Sequence record: SRR20825019_2740
Strand: one strand, 5' to 3'
Length of the DNA stretch: 64,000 nt
The position numbers and the translations under genes are program-made. Positions 45,440-55,677 of this stretch are shown piece by piece (position 1 is the stretch's first letter; each line of letters opens with the position of its first letter). Below the pieces are notes generated by a model, which was given only the letters and a program-made list of their open reading frames with translations, made no database searches and had not been told where the DNA came from.

Positions 45440-48136
45440 TTATCCCTGGCCACCAAATTTTTCCAGCACTTTCCTTGCTGCAGAATTTTTGCCTACGCTT
45501 CGATACGCCTCTGCCAGATGCAGTGCGATTTCTTCCGACTCCGGTTGTAGTTCATGGGCCTTTTCGAGAATGGGTACACTGGCTTCGTGATTACCGGCCT
45601 TGAGCATGATCCATCCGTAGGTGTCCGCGACTGCCGCGTTGCCAGGGCTAAGCTCGTAGGCTTGCTTCGCCAGATCGATTGCCCGCTTGTCCCCATTTTC
45701 GTGATAGATCCAGGCCAGGTTATTTAGCACCACAACGTTGCCGGGTGCGCTTTCAAGCAGGGTTTCATAATTCGACTTGGCGCTTTCATACTGGCCCTCA
45801 GATTGCTGCAGCAGCGCCAGCGTAAGAAGCAGCTGGTTGCTGCCGGGATACGTTTTGCGGGCGGACTCAAGGAAAGAGAGTGCTTCCTGTGCCTTGCCGG
45901 ATCGTTGCAGGTTTGTCGCGTATCCATTTGCGAGATCGGCGCTGGGGCGCTTGTCGAGGGCGAGTTGGTAGAGTTCAGCCGCTTGCTGATACTCTTTTTG
46001 CCGTTCGAAGTAAGCGGCTTCCGTCACGTAGGGCGCAGAGGATTCCGGGTGTTGCTGTTTGGTTTCCTGAATAATTCTCCGCGCTTCGTCTTCCTCGCCT
46101 TCATTGAAGGCTTGTTGAGCGGCTTGAAGAGCGATGTCCTGGTTGTCCGGGAACAGTGCGCGTGCCCGGTCAAGGAGAGCGGCCGCCCGGGCTGTTTCTC
46201 CCGAGCTCTGAAATGCGGTTGCTGCGCTGCTATAGATGCCTGCAACGAAGGGCGTTGCGGGTGATGGGGTCGATTGCTCGTTTCGCTCCAGCAGGGAGGC
46301 GGTTAAATCGTCCGCTTCCTGCTGATTGTTATCCATGAGGGCAACCTCAAGCAGAATCAGGCGAGGGCCGGTCGCTTCCGGATTCTCTTTGAGAATCTCC
46401 CGCATGAAACCTGTGGTTTCTTCGCGATCCAGAACGGTCGCCAGCCCTTGAAGCGCCTGGCGGCTATCCGGGGCGAGCCTGACTGCTGCCCGGAACTGCT
46501 TCTGCGCTTCCGCTTGATCGTTCTGAGTCAGCGCCAGTCTACCAAGAGCGATCAGCGGTGCTGGTGATTCTGGCGCTTTCTCCCTGGCCTTGTTGAAGTC
46601 TGTTTTAGCCGCGTCCACATTGCCTGCGGTGGCTGCAAGGCTTCCCCTGGTCATCAGGGCATTGATACTGTCAGGAGCTTCTTTAATCCACTGAGAGGCG
46701 GATTTTACAGCCTCGTCCATGTTGCCAGAGCGAGCCTGAGCTTCAACGATGACGCTGCGTGCCTGCTCCAACTCAGGGGCGCTTTCAAGAACCCGGGTTG
46801 CCTCGGCGATCGCTCGGTCATGTTCACCCCGCTGGTTGAGGTAGGTCGCATACCGTAGCCTCAGCTGGTGGTTGTCGGGGTTGCTTGCCAGGGCCTTGTC
46901 CATAAGCGTTTCGCCCGTTTTCAGGTCGCCGCTGGCAAGCGTGGCAATGGCCACCATGGCAAGCGTTTCCGGATCGGAGTCTTTGTCCTCCAGATTCGAG
47001 AGTATGGCCTGGGCGCCTTCTGGATTTCGCATTTGCAGCCGTGCGGCGGCCAGTAATTTGCTGGCGGTTTCTGAATTTCCCGCTTCTGCGATGGGTGCCA
47101 GCAGCTTTTCAGCATCCTCTACCCGGCCTTGCCTGAACCGGACAAGGCCGAGCATCAACGATGTCTGCTCATGGTTGGGAGCTTGCGCCAGAACTTCCTC
47201 CAGATAGCGCGCGGCCTCATCGAGGTCACCCTGTTCCACTGCCGCCTGGGCGGCCATCAGGTTGCTCTTGATCGTACCGGGGGCGGACTTGGCCAGTATT
47301 TCTTCGTATACGAAAGCTTCTGACTGCTTCCCCTGGGCTCTAAGGACGCGAATAAGGGACGAAATAGTGGCGTATTTGCGCTGGGTCATTACATCGTACT
47401 GACCGATGTCTTCGAGGGCCCGGATATAGGCATCTTCCGCTTTTTGCCACTCTTCCTGAGAAGCGGCGAGCTCGGCCTTCCAGAGCCATAATTCACCATT
47501 CGCCTCATCGACCTCTTCCGCCTCGGTGACCAGTTTTCGGGCCTTCGATACGTCGCCGCCGGCGAACGCTGTTTTCGAGAGTCCTATCACCGATTCAACT
47601 TCCCCGGAGTCTATTTCCCGTGCTCTGTTGAACGCAGTGCGGGCTTTTTCAAGTTCATTGGATGCCAGGTAAATCTGGCCTTCCAGCAGTGCCGCCTGGG
47701 TTTCCACCGGTCGGTCCGGGGAGGTGATGTCATCGAGAGCCGCCAGGGCGTCTTCAAAATCTTCCTGAAGCAGATTGGCTTCTGCGAGGATCAGGCTGGC
47801 GCGGTTCCGAACCTTTGCATCGATCTGCTCTGCAGGGAGGCGCTCCAGGATCTGGTTAAGGTGCCGTTCGGCATTGGCCGCATCGCCTGCCTTGAGGAGA
47901 TTGTTGACGATCAGGAAATACGGTTCGATCTTTTCCGGTTGAAGCTCGATCGCGCTCCTGGCTTCCAGTGTGCTCGCCTTGAGTTCACCCTGACGCTGGA
48001 AAAAACGTGACTGGTCAATATGACTCAGGTACTGGATGTCGTCCTGGCTCATCTCATTGCTGTCGCCACAGCCGGCGAGAGCGAATGAGATTGCGACTGA
48101 GAGGAGGGTGGCACGTACTGCTGAAACTGGCTTCAT
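45440..48136 (-). CDS. prsT: PEP-CTERM system TPR-repeat lipoprotein
   Basis: Lipobox LAGC, many TPR repeats, LNNLAW and DTYGWI C-terminus; lies between prsR and xrtA. Confidence 0.82.
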   Translation of the reverse strand: MKPVSAVRATLLSVAISFALAGCGDSNEMSQDDIQYLSHIDQSRFFQRQGELKASTLEARSAIELQPEKIEPYFLIVNNLLKAGDAANAERHLNQILERLPAEQIDAKVRNRASLILAEANLLQEDFEDALAALDDITSPDRPVETQAALLEGQIYLASNELEKARTAFNRAREIDSGEVESVIGLSKTAFAGGDVSKARKLVTEAEEVDEANGELWLWKAELAASQEEWQKAEDAYIRALEDIGQYDVMTQRKYATISSLIRVLRAQGKQSEAFVYEEILAKSAPGTIKSNLMAAQAAVEQGDLDEAARYLEEVLAQAPNHEQTSLMLGLVRFRQGRVEDAEKLLAPIAEAGNSETASKLLAAARLQMRNPEGAQAILSNLEDKDSDPETLAMVAIATLASGDLKTGETLMDKALASNPDNHQLRLRYATYLNQRGEHDRAIAEATRVLESAPELEQARSVIVEAQARSGNMDEAVKSASQWIKEAPDSINALMTRGSLAATAGNVDAAKTDFNKAREKAPESPAPLIALGRLALTQNDQAEAQKQFRAAVRLAPDSRQALQGLATVLDREETTGFMREILKENPEATGPRLILLEVALMDNNQQEADDLTASLLERNEQSTPSPATPFVAGIYSSAATAFQSSGETARAAALLDRARALFPDNQDIALQAAQQAFNEGEEDEARRIIQETKQQHPESSAPYVTEAAYFERQKEYQQAAELYQLALDKRPSADLANGYATNLQRSGKAQEALSFLESARKTYPGSNQLLLTLALLQQSEGQYESAKSNYETLLESAPGNVVVLNNLAWIYHENGDKRAIDLAKQAYELSPGNAAVADTYGWIMLKAGNHEASVPILEKAHELQPESEEIALHLAEAYRSVGKNSAARKVLEKFGGQG

Positions 48137-48188
48137 GGCCCTGGTCCTTTTCCTTATCGGGTCTTGTTCTGGATTCCTTGCCTGCTAT

Positions 48189-49562
48189 TCAGGCGCCTGA
48201 CGATTCGGGGGATGTTTCAATCCGATATTTATCAGTCAGGTTATACAGCGTTGGTCGGGTTACGCCGAGCAGGCGTGAGGCCTGCGCCATATTGAAGCTA
48301 CAGGACTGCAGTGCCTGCACAATGGCGGCACGTTCCGCATTTTCCCTGACCTGCCTGAGATTCAGTTGGCTTTCGGGGCCTTCAAGGTCGCAGTTTAGCT
48401 CAAGGTCGGCGGCGGTAACACGTTTGCCGTCGGCCATGATTGTGGCCCGTTTCACCTTGTTGATCATTTCACGCACGTTGCCGGGCCATGGGTGTGTCTT
48501 GATGGCCTTGATGGCGTCTTCGGTAAAGGCCAGGTTGGGCCGATCCATTTGTTTGCCCAATGACTGCAACAGCGACTGCGCAACAACGAGGGCGTCGCCT
48601 TCGCGCTCGCGAAGTGCGGGAACGTCGAGAGTAATTTCACTGATCCGGTAATAAAGGTCCTCGCGGAAAGTCTCCTGATCGATCAACTGCTGTACGTCCC
48701 GGTGAGTTGCGCACACCACGCGGACATCGACAGGAACCGGGTTGACCGAGCCCACCCGATCGACCACGCGCTCCTGGAGAAAACGGAGCAGCTTTGCCTG
48801 GAGGGGCATGGGCATGTCGCCAATCTCGTCCAGGAATAGGGTGCCGCCATTGGCGCTTTCGATTTTGCCTTTCTTGCTCTGGGTGGCGCCGGTGAACGAG
48901 CCCTTCTCAAAGCCAAAGAGTTCGCTTTCAAGGAGGTTCTCAGGAATAGCGGCACAGTTAATGGCCGCAAAAGGTTTATCGAAGCGGTGGCTCAAATCAT
49001 GAAGCGCCCTTGCTAGCAGCTCCTTGCCCGTGCCGGTTTCACCGGTAATCAGGGTAGTGACGTCGGTGGGGGCCACTTTTTCGAGGGTGCGACAGATGCC
49101 AAGCATCTGTGGGCTGGCCGCGACGATACCTTTGATGTTGGTGCCATTACGCTGACGGGCCAGCTCCCGGTTGTCACGTTCCAGTTCGGCCAATCGCAAG
49201 GCACGGTTCACCACGAAGGTCAGAATGTCCGCGTCCAGCGGCTTCTGGTAGAAGTCACTGGCCCCCATACCGATGGCCTTGACGGCGTTCTCCTTGTCTT
49301 CCCGTCCGGTGACCACAATGATCTTGGTCATGGGCGACAACCGAAGAACTTCTTCAAGCAGTAGAAAGCCTTCTTTTGCACCGCCTGGATCCGGAGGCAG
49401 ACCCAGATCCAGAGTAATGACATCGGGTTCGCTTCGACGCAGTGCGGTCAGGGCTGACTCCCGGTCAGCCGCAACGCTTACTTCCAGATCTTCGCTGAAA
49501 CACCAGCGCATCTGGCTTTGTAAACCCGGATCATCTTCTACGATTAGCAGTCGTCTACTCAC
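48189..49562 (-). CDS. prsR: PEP-CTERM-box sigma-54-dependent response regulator
   Basis: Receiver domain LDLGLPP, GETGTGKE, GSFTGA, WPGNVRE and a Fis-type HTH (LGVTRPTLY). Confidence 0.92.
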   Translation of the reverse strand: MSRRLLIVEDDPGLQSQMRWCFSEDLEVSVAADRESALTALRRSEPDVITLDLGLPPDPGGAKEGFLLLEEVLRLSPMTKIIVVTGREDKENAVKAIGMGASDFYQKPLDADILTFVVNRALRLAELERDNRELARQRNGTNIKGIVAASPQMLGICRTLEKVAPTDVTTLITGETGTGKELLARALHDLSHRFDKPFAAINCAAIPENLLESELFGFEKGSFTGATQSKKGKIESANGGTLFLDEIGDMPMPLQAKLLRFLQERVVDRVGSVNPVPVDVRVVCATHRDVQQLIDQETFREDLYYRISEITLDVPALREREGDALVVAQSLLQSLGKQMDRPNLAFTEDAIKAIKTHPWPGNVREMINKVKRATIMADGKRVTAADLELNCDLEGPESQLNLRQVRENAERAAIVQALQSCSFNMAQASRLLGVTRPTLYNLTDKYRIETSPESSGA

Positions 49563-49683
49563 AACGGTTACAAATCCCTTTTTGTAATGGTGACGGTCTT
49601 GCGATCAATCCTCTAAACCCTGATTCTTAACCGAAGATTGACACTTTGCAATGATAGTGTTCGCTGTATTTCGGTTTCGCCAA

Positions 49684-51816
49684 TTATTTGGCATTCTGCT
49701 GCGGCAGTGGGTCGCCGGTAATCAGTCGCTCGGGTTCTTCCGGAGCCTGTTCCGGTTTGAACCGGGCAAGCGGGAACCGGATTGAGAAACAGGAGCCCAG
49801 GTCCGGTTCGCTGGTTACATCTATATTACCCCCAACATTGCGCACATACTCCCTGGCCTGATAGGCACCAATGCCCATGCCCGTCAGCCCCTTGGTACTT
49901 TCGAACGGTTTGAATAACTGGGTCTGGATAAAGTCCTCGGTCATGCCGGAACCGGTGTCCTGGATGAACAGCACGACGTTGCCCTTGGCGGTTTTCAGGG
50001 TGAGAGTGATTTCGCCATCGGGTGGGGTGGCATCCTGCGCATTCTGAATCAGGTGGCCGAGAATGCTGTAGAGTTGCTCCCGATCGGCATTGATGAAAAT
50101 GTTTCCGGGATTATCGGCAACCCTCGGTGCAGGTTGGCGGCGGGAGTAGTGCTCCGCCAACTGGCTGACAACCTCAGTCAGGTCGATCACTTCGGTCACC
50201 AGGGTTTCGTCCGCTGGCTTGCGGATGTGATCCACAAGGTTCGACATCTTGCGCACGGCATGGTCAGTGGTGTGAATCATATCGTCGATAAAGGCCGGGT
50301 TGTTCCGGTGCCTGGGGGCGTTTTTCACCAGCAACGATAGTTGAGCAATCAGTGTTTTCAGGTCATGCACCATGAAGGCAGACGCCTTGCTTACCGCCTC
50401 AAACTGCATGGCCCTGGAAAGCCGGTTCTGGGCGTCAGTTTGTGCAAGCAGGTTACAGGTCTGTCGGGCGACAACCTTGATCAGGTCAAAGTTCTCCCAG
50501 TTGAGTTCAACGCGCGCGTAAGGGTTGCCGACCATGGCAATACCGTATAAGTCGTTGCTGAGGTATAGGGGAATGACCAGCCAACCATCCGGTGTATGTG
50601 ATATCGGGTCGGGGATCTCCAGCAGGTTGTAGCTGACCGGATCGCCACGATATTCATGAAGGTCGATAATCCACTCCCGTTCCCCAAAGAAGCGGACAAG
50701 TTCGGAGTTGGCGTCGATGGTCGTGTACTTGGGCGTGACCATGTTGACTGCGTTCTTGAGGATGAAGTCGCCTCTTTCCTCTCGTATCCAGAGTGCGCCG
50801 GCGTTGCTTTCAACCAGGCTCGAAAGAATGCGGATGACTCGTTCCGGAAGTGGCGGGCTGTCGCTGAGGTCGGCCATTTCCCGGGTCATTTTCAGCCATT
50901 CGTCGCGGTAGTCGTATTTGTAATCGAAAAAGTTCTGGCTGATAAACACCATTAGCCGGGAACGCACACGGCGCGAGACCAGCAGGGTGACGAGGAATAC
51001 CAGTGCGATGCTGAAGAAGAGTACCTGCAGGGCGTCGCCCCATTCGCCTCCCAGGGTTTTGACGTAGTAGCCACCCAGTGACAGGAACAACAGGTAACCA
51101 CCGGCGAGTATCAGGGCTCCGGCGTGGAAGACGGCTGAACGGGAGAGCTGGAAATCCACTGGCTGTTTGCGGGTGTTAATCACGTTGACAGCAAACAAGG
51201 GCACCAGTGCAGCGTTGACCAGGCCACGGGCGTTCCAGAACGACTCCGAGACCTGGCCAAAGAGCAGGGTGTCGGCATACATGAAGAAATCAAAGGCAAA
51301 CAGGCTGCCAACGGCAATACAGACATACTTCATGCTGGACCGACCGAATGACACGGAGTTTCGCCAGATCTGCTCAATCAGCGATAAGCCGAGTAAGGAT
51401 AGGGCTATCTGGCCAACCACTTTGGTTTTGCCGTCCAGAATGCTGAGCCCGAAGAAATATTCCAGGACACCGCTGCCGAGTAGGAGAGCAACCAGGATCA
51501 GGGTGGCTGCCGCCAGCACTTTTCGTAGGCGACCGACAAGATTGGCAGACCGGAATGAATCGCGAAGTAGGGCGAAGAGGACGGTAATCCACGCGGCATC
51601 ACGCAGAAGTTCCAGCAGGTAGCGAATAAAAAAGCTTGGTTCGCCCCAAAGGCTTTGGGTAACAAGTGAGCCGGCCCACAGCGTGGTGACCACGGCGGCG
51701 AGGAGCAAAGAACGATCAATGTCCCGGCGCAGGTATCGTGTGGCAATCAGCAGCGATAGCAACCCAAAGGCAATGGCTGCCGTGGAATGACTGATCAGGC
51801 TGAAATTATTCAACAT
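49684..51816 (-). CDS. prsK: PEP-CTERM system histidine kinase
   Basis: N-terminal TMs, YKYDYRDEW, LNWENFDL, FMVHDLK (phospho-His), D-x-G-x-GM and GMGIGAYQ. Confidence 0.92.
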   Translation of the reverse strand: MLNNFSLISHSTAAIAFGLLSLLIATRYLRRDIDRSLLLAAVVTTLWAGSLVTQSLWGEPSFFIRYLLELLRDAAWITVLFALLRDSFRSANLVGRLRKVLAAATLILVALLLGSGVLEYFFGLSILDGKTKVVGQIALSLLGLSLIEQIWRNSVSFGRSSMKYVCIAVGSLFAFDFFMYADTLLFGQVSESFWNARGLVNAALVPLFAVNVINTRKQPVDFQLSRSAVFHAGALILAGGYLLFLSLGGYYVKTLGGEWGDALQVLFFSIALVFLVTLLVSRRVRSRLMVFISQNFFDYKYDYRDEWLKMTREMADLSDSPPLPERVIRILSSLVESNAGALWIREERGDFILKNAVNMVTPKYTTIDANSELVRFFGEREWIIDLHEYRGDPVSYNLLEIPDPISHTPDGWLVIPLYLSNDLYGIAMVGNPYARVELNWENFDLIKVVARQTCNLLAQTDAQNRLSRAMQFEAVSKASAFMVHDLKTLIAQLSLLVKNAPRHRNNPAFIDDMIHTTDHAVRKMSNLVDHIRKPADETLVTEVIDLTEVVSQLAEHYSRRQPAPRVADNPGNIFINADREQLYSILGHLIQNAQDATPPDGEITLTLKTAKGNVVLFIQDTGSGMTEDFIQTQLFKPFESTKGLTGMGIGAYQAREYVRNVGGNIDVTSEPDLGSCFSIRFPLARFKPEQAPEEPERLITGDPLPQQNAK

Positions 51817-51849
51817 GTTTCGCTTCCTGCGCTATGCGCCACTTTCCAT

Positions 51850-51878
51850 AACGGCACCGATTTCGATCCTGTGCCGTT
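51850..51878. other. Hairpin between the SDR gene and prsK (possible terminator or RNA stabiliser)
   Basis: AACGGCAC-N13-GTGCCGTT inverted repeat immediately after the SDR stop; no strong U tract. Confidence 0.35.
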
Positions 51879-52825
51879 CACACCGGCTTCTTGTTCTCCC
51901 GGTAGAACCGGAATATCTCTTTTAGCGGGCGCCTGGGAGTGAAACCGAATTCCCTGGCGAACGCCCTGCCGTCGATGACTACAGGATACTTGAAAAAGTG
52001 CATCAGGTACGAAGGAAAACTTCGCAGGTTGAGTGTCCGCAGTATCATCCTTGGCAGTATGGGGGGAATGGATGGTACTGGTATGCGGCCGCAGCCGCAG
52101 AGCTTCAACGCATGCTGGTAGGCCACCCAGTCCTGCGGCGCGACATTGAAAATTCCCCGCTGGGGTTTGTTGTAAGCCAGCACGATGGCATCCGCCATGT
52201 CATCGATATGGATAAACTGCATCATCGGTGAAAAACCGGCCAGAACAGGTGCCCGTTCCATGCCCAGCAAGGTGCTGATGGAGTTGCGCACGCCTGGGCC
52301 GACAATGTTGCAGGGCCGCAGAATGGTGATATTCAGGTCCGGGTAGCGCCACAGGTAGATGTTGGCCAGGTTCTCCAGTTCCACGGAATCAATCAGGTCC
52401 GCGCTCAGCCCCGCACTTTTCAGCGGAGCTTCCTCGTCTATCAGCGCCGGGTTGTAGGCCACCGCGCCATAGACGTGGAAGGTCGACAGGACCACCACCC
52501 TTTTGATGTTGTACTTGTGGCTCAAGTCCAGCAGTTTCTGGGTACCGAGAACGTTGGCGTTGTACCGGCGCATTCGGGTGAGCTGGCTCGACATGATGCG
52601 GCCGAGATGAATGACGCCATCAAACCGGTAACGCCGGAAAAGGTCTTCGAAGGAGCGTTTGTTGAAGTCGATGCAGTAGCTGGGGATATCGTCGCCCAGA
52701 TAGACCTGTTCTCGAAAATCCACGGCAACGAGGTTGCAGGTGTCCCGCAGGCGGCTGATTACCTGTTGAGCCAGGGCGCCGGCTGCACCTGTTACAAGAA
52801 TCTGGGGTCTGCTTTTTTCAACCAT
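51878..52825 (-). CDS. NAD-dependent epimerase/dehydratase (extended SDR)
   Basis: LVTGAAG, NVLGT, VYGA and FIHIDD motifs. Confidence 0.85.
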   Translation of the reverse strand: MVEKSRPQILVTGAAGALAQQVISRLRDTCNLVAVDFREQVYLGDDIPSYCIDFNKRSFEDLFRRYRFDGVIHLGRIMSSQLTRMRRYNANVLGTQKLLDLSHKYNIKRVVVLSTFHVYGAVAYNPALIDEEAPLKSAGLSADLIDSVELENLANIYLWRYPDLNITILRPCNIVGPGVRNSISTLLGMERAPVLAGFSPMMQFIHIDDMADAIVLAYNKPQRGIFNVAPQDWVAYQHALKLCGCGRIPVPSIPPILPRMILRTLNLRSFPSYLMHFFKYPVVIDGRAFAREFGFTPRRPLKEIFRFYRENKKPV

Positions 52826-53640
52826 CAGAACAGCCTTTTCCTTTCGCTCAGTCCGGTATCGATCAATTCACTGATCGCTGCCTTCACCTGTTCAACTCGC
52901 TCTGTCACCTGTTCTTCGGGAATTTCCAGGTCGTCAAACACCATTGGGTCGCCAAAGTTCAGGTGGACTTTGGCCGGCAAGACAAACGGCATGGCCACCG
53001 GAGCGTAGGGAATGCCGAGCCACCGAGCCAGTGGTTTGATGTTGGCGATGGCGGGAATGGTTTCCTCACACCCGACCACGCCTACTGGCACAATGGGTGC
53101 CTTGTACTTCATGGCCAGGTGCATGAAGCCGTTACCGAACCGCTTGAGCTGGTAGCGATCCTGATACAGCTTTCCAGACCCGCGAATGCCTTCGGGGAAT
53201 ACGATGACGGCCTCGCCGTTGGCCAGCATCTTGGCGCAATTGATGGGGTCGCCCAAAACCGCGCCAAACTCGTTCAGCAAATTGCCGAGGTAGGGGACGG
53301 TCGGGAAAAAACGTTCGATCATTGCCCGGGGAATGCGCGGGTTTTTCTCGCGAGAGGCAAGGGCGTAGGCGATCAAAAGTCCATCTACCGGCAACTGCCC
53401 ACTGTGATTCGGGACGATCAGCACCGGCCCCTCCGAGGGAATTTTGTCAACGCCGGTGGCTTCCACTCGAAAATACTTTTCGTAGATCTGGCGGGTCAGG
53501 GAGAAGCCGTACTTCATCACTTCGTTGTTATAGCCCCAGGGATCGTACCCCAGAGAACCAATCGGCTTGCGGATGCGATTGATGTGATTTTCCAGCTCTG
53601 CCGGGATCAACCGTGACTTCAGAATCGATGCTAGACCCAT
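52825..53640 (-). CDS. PlsC-like lysophospholipid acyltransferase family protein
   Basis: NHSGQLPVD (H-x-D variant), FPEG and PIVPV motifs. Confidence 0.85.
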   Translation of the reverse strand: MGLASILKSRLIPAELENHINRIRKPIGSLGYDPWGYNNEVMKYGFSLTRQIYEKYFRVEATGVDKIPSEGPVLIVPNHSGQLPVDGLLIAYALASREKNPRIPRAMIERFFPTVPYLGNLLNEFGAVLGDPINCAKMLANGEAVIVFPEGIRGSGKLYQDRYQLKRFGNGFMHLAMKYKAPIVPVGVVGCEETIPAIANIKPLARWLGIPYAPVAMPFVLPAKVHLNFGDPMVFDDLEIPEEQVTERVEQVKAAISELIDTGLSERKRLF

Positions 53641-53647
53641 GTGGTTT

Positions 53648-54574
53648 CTACTCTCTTCCTATCATAACGCCGAGGGTATGACTCTGGCCCGTATTCAGCA
53701 CGCGGTAATCGCCGAGGGCATTGGCGCTTTCAACGCACAGCATGGACTCCCAGGCAACGTCGGGGAAATCCGACAATCGTGCCGCTTTCTCCGGCCCCGG
53801 ATTCCAGACAACCGTGGAGTCGCTGCCGATGGCGGTGATGCGCCGGTTCCCTGATGGGGTTTCAACGATCAGCGAATTGCCGCTTTCATAGATGCGGTCG
53901 GTTTCACCCTCGAAGCTCACTGGCCCTTGCTGTGTGTGGTAGCTCCAGTCTTTCAGGGAGTCCACGTATCCGCAGTTTTCGAGGCCTCTGACCAGCGTTT
54001 TGGAAATGTCCGGGGTCGGAAGATAGGTGTGAAGTGCCTGGGTAAATGCCAGCGGTTCCGAACCCGGATTGGTGGTGGTCAACGCCAGTTGGCAGCCGTC
54101 AGCCGAGAAGTGGAAGGTCATCAGTAACCGGGCGCGGCCGTCCCAGGCATCAGAAAAGTCACTGTTTGCATCCAGTGACAGGCTGATTTCCACGTCGTGC
54201 GCGGTTTCCCTGACATCCTCCAGCTTCCACACTGCTGTGCGGGCGAAACCGTGGGAGCTGGTGGTCAGCAGCCTGCGGCGAACTTCCGGGGGATTTTTCT
54301 CGGGCGCCCCAAACCAGGGCCAGCATATCGGGATGCCACCACGGATGGCCACGCCGGGTTCAAAGCGCGCGGTGTCGCTTATCCACAGCCAGTGTGGTTC
54401 GTCACGGGCGGCAAAGTGAGTAAGGTGAGCGCCCTGCAGGAAAAGGCGGGCGTGGAACAAGGGGTGGTGTACCTCCATGGCTTCCAGTTGCCCGATGGTT
54501 GTCCATCGGGTGAACGACCAGTGCCCGGGTTTTAGTGTCACGTAGTGCCTCGTTACAGCTTTCTGGGTGGTCAA
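53648..54574 (-). CDS. D-hexose-6-phosphate mutarotase (aldose 1-epimerase family)
   Basis: QGAH, AIRGGIPICWPWFG, HGFAR, ALHTY, WNP and MLCVE motifs; start uncertain. Confidence 0.88.
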   Translation of the reverse strand: MTTQKAVTRHYVTLKPGHWSFTRWTTIGQLEAMEVHHPLFHARLFLQGAHLTHFAARDEPHWLWISDTARFEPGVAIRGGIPICWPWFGAPEKNPPEVRRRLLTTSSHGFARTAVWKLEDVRETAHDVEISLSLDANSDFSDAWDGRARLLMTFHFSADGCQLALTTTNPGSEPLAFTQALHTYLPTPDISKTLVRGLENCGYVDSLKDWSYHTQQGPVSFEGETDRIYESGNSLIVETPSGNRRITAIGSDSTVVWNPGPEKAARLSDFPDVAWESMLCVESANALGDYRVLNTGQSHTLGVMIGRE

Positions 54575-54695
54575 TGGATTGTCGGTCTGAGGTGCCGAAA
54601 GCGTTACGGCATGTCCTTATACTCAGGGTAAATTAAAACTGTGCTTACGGCGAGAAACCATCATAAAATCGGCCGTCCCCGTCGGAGTTTGATGA

Positions 54696-55388
54696 ATGAT
54701 TGACCAGATTGCTGCCCCAGTTCCCGAGTCTTGCCAGGCCGGAGTCGACCTATCGACGCCGCGAAGCGATCAGTGGCTGGATGACTTGGCGGATGGTCTA
54801 ACGGAGCACGGCTGGATGAGCCAGGATGTGTCTGTGCTGTTAACTCCATCCCTTTTGAAGGGGCTTCGTAGTGAAGTTCGGATATTGGACCGGACCGAGG
54901 CACTGCGTAAGGCGGGTGTGGGGCGTGGTCAGGACTTGCTCCAGGACAGATCAGTAAGGCGAGACAAGATTGCGTGGCTGCAGGGCGTGACCCCGGTTCA
55001 GGCGGCGTTGTTCGAGTTCTTCGAGTCGGTCAGGCTGGGGTTGAATGAGCGGTTGTTCCTGGGGTTGAAACGGTTTGAGGCACACTACGCCACCTATCAC
55101 AACGGTGATTTCTACCGTCGCCATGTGGATAGCTTCCAGGGCAGGGCGTCGCGGGTTGTCAGCCTGGTTTTGTACCTTAATGAGGGTTGGCAGGAGGCCG
55201 ACGGCGGCGCGTTGCAGATTTTCAATCGTGAAAACGAGAACGAGGTATGTGGCGTCGTATTGCCACTGGCAGGGCGGATGGCGCTGTTTATGAGCGAAGA
55301 AATTCCCCATGAGGTGTTGCCGGCCCACCGTACCCGTTACAGCGTCGCCTGCTGGTTCCGATGCGATGAAGTGCCGCTGCCATTGTAG
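54696..55388 (+). CDS. 2OG-Fe(II) oxygenase (prolyl-hydroxylase-like)
   Basis: R-x-D-x-I-x-W, Y-x2-HVD, YLN-x2-W-x4-GG-x-L, HEV and R-x-S-x3-W motifs. Confidence 0.88.
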   Translation: MIDQIAAPVPESCQAGVDLSTPRSDQWLDDLADGLTEHGWMSQDVSVLLTPSLLKGLRSEVRILDRTEALRKAGVGRGQDLLQDRSVRRDKIAWLQGVTPVQAALFEFFESVRLGLNERLFLGLKRFEAHYATYHNGDFYRRHVDSFQGRASRVVSLVLYLNEGWQEADGGALQIFNRENENEVCGVVLPLAGRMALFMSEEIPHEVLPAHRTRYSVACWFRCDEVPLPL

Positions 55389-55418
55389 TGCCGGAACCCT
55401 TTTGCTAATATGCGCGCC
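55383..55418 (+). promoter_or_regulatory. Sigma-70 promoter with GC-rich discriminator for the SRP RNA
   Basis: TTGTAG-N17-TAATAT followed by GCGCGCC, about 40 bp before the RNA. Confidence 0.6.
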
Positions 55419-55450
55419 GCTTTGAGGGATTTCGCCCCAAAGCCCGTTAT

Positions 55451-55562
55451 GGTGGCTCCATTGGTGCCTCCGCAACGATAAACCGTGAACCCGGTCAGGC
55501 CCGGAAGGGAGCAGCCGAAGCGGTGGACTTGTGTGCCGGAGTGTCGCTGATGGAGTCACCCC
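55451..55562 (+). ncRNA. ffs: Signal recognition particle 4.5S RNA
   Basis: Conserved core TCAGGCCCGGAAGGGAGCAGC; complementary ends GGTGGCTCCAT / ATGGAGTCACC; classic position upstream of dnaX. Confidence 0.93.
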
Positions 55563-55677
55563 CAGATTTTTCCTTTTAACGCCCCCGATTATCCCTCTCT
55601 GATTGCTTCTTGTTGGCTTCTTCTAACATCCTGACCGTGCTATGGTTAAACCCATTTTTAACGGCAGTTGGCAGAAC

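Noticed and set aside
48880-48910. GSFTGA instead of GAFTGA in PrsR
   Set aside because: A common variant in sigma-54 activators; not evidence of lost function
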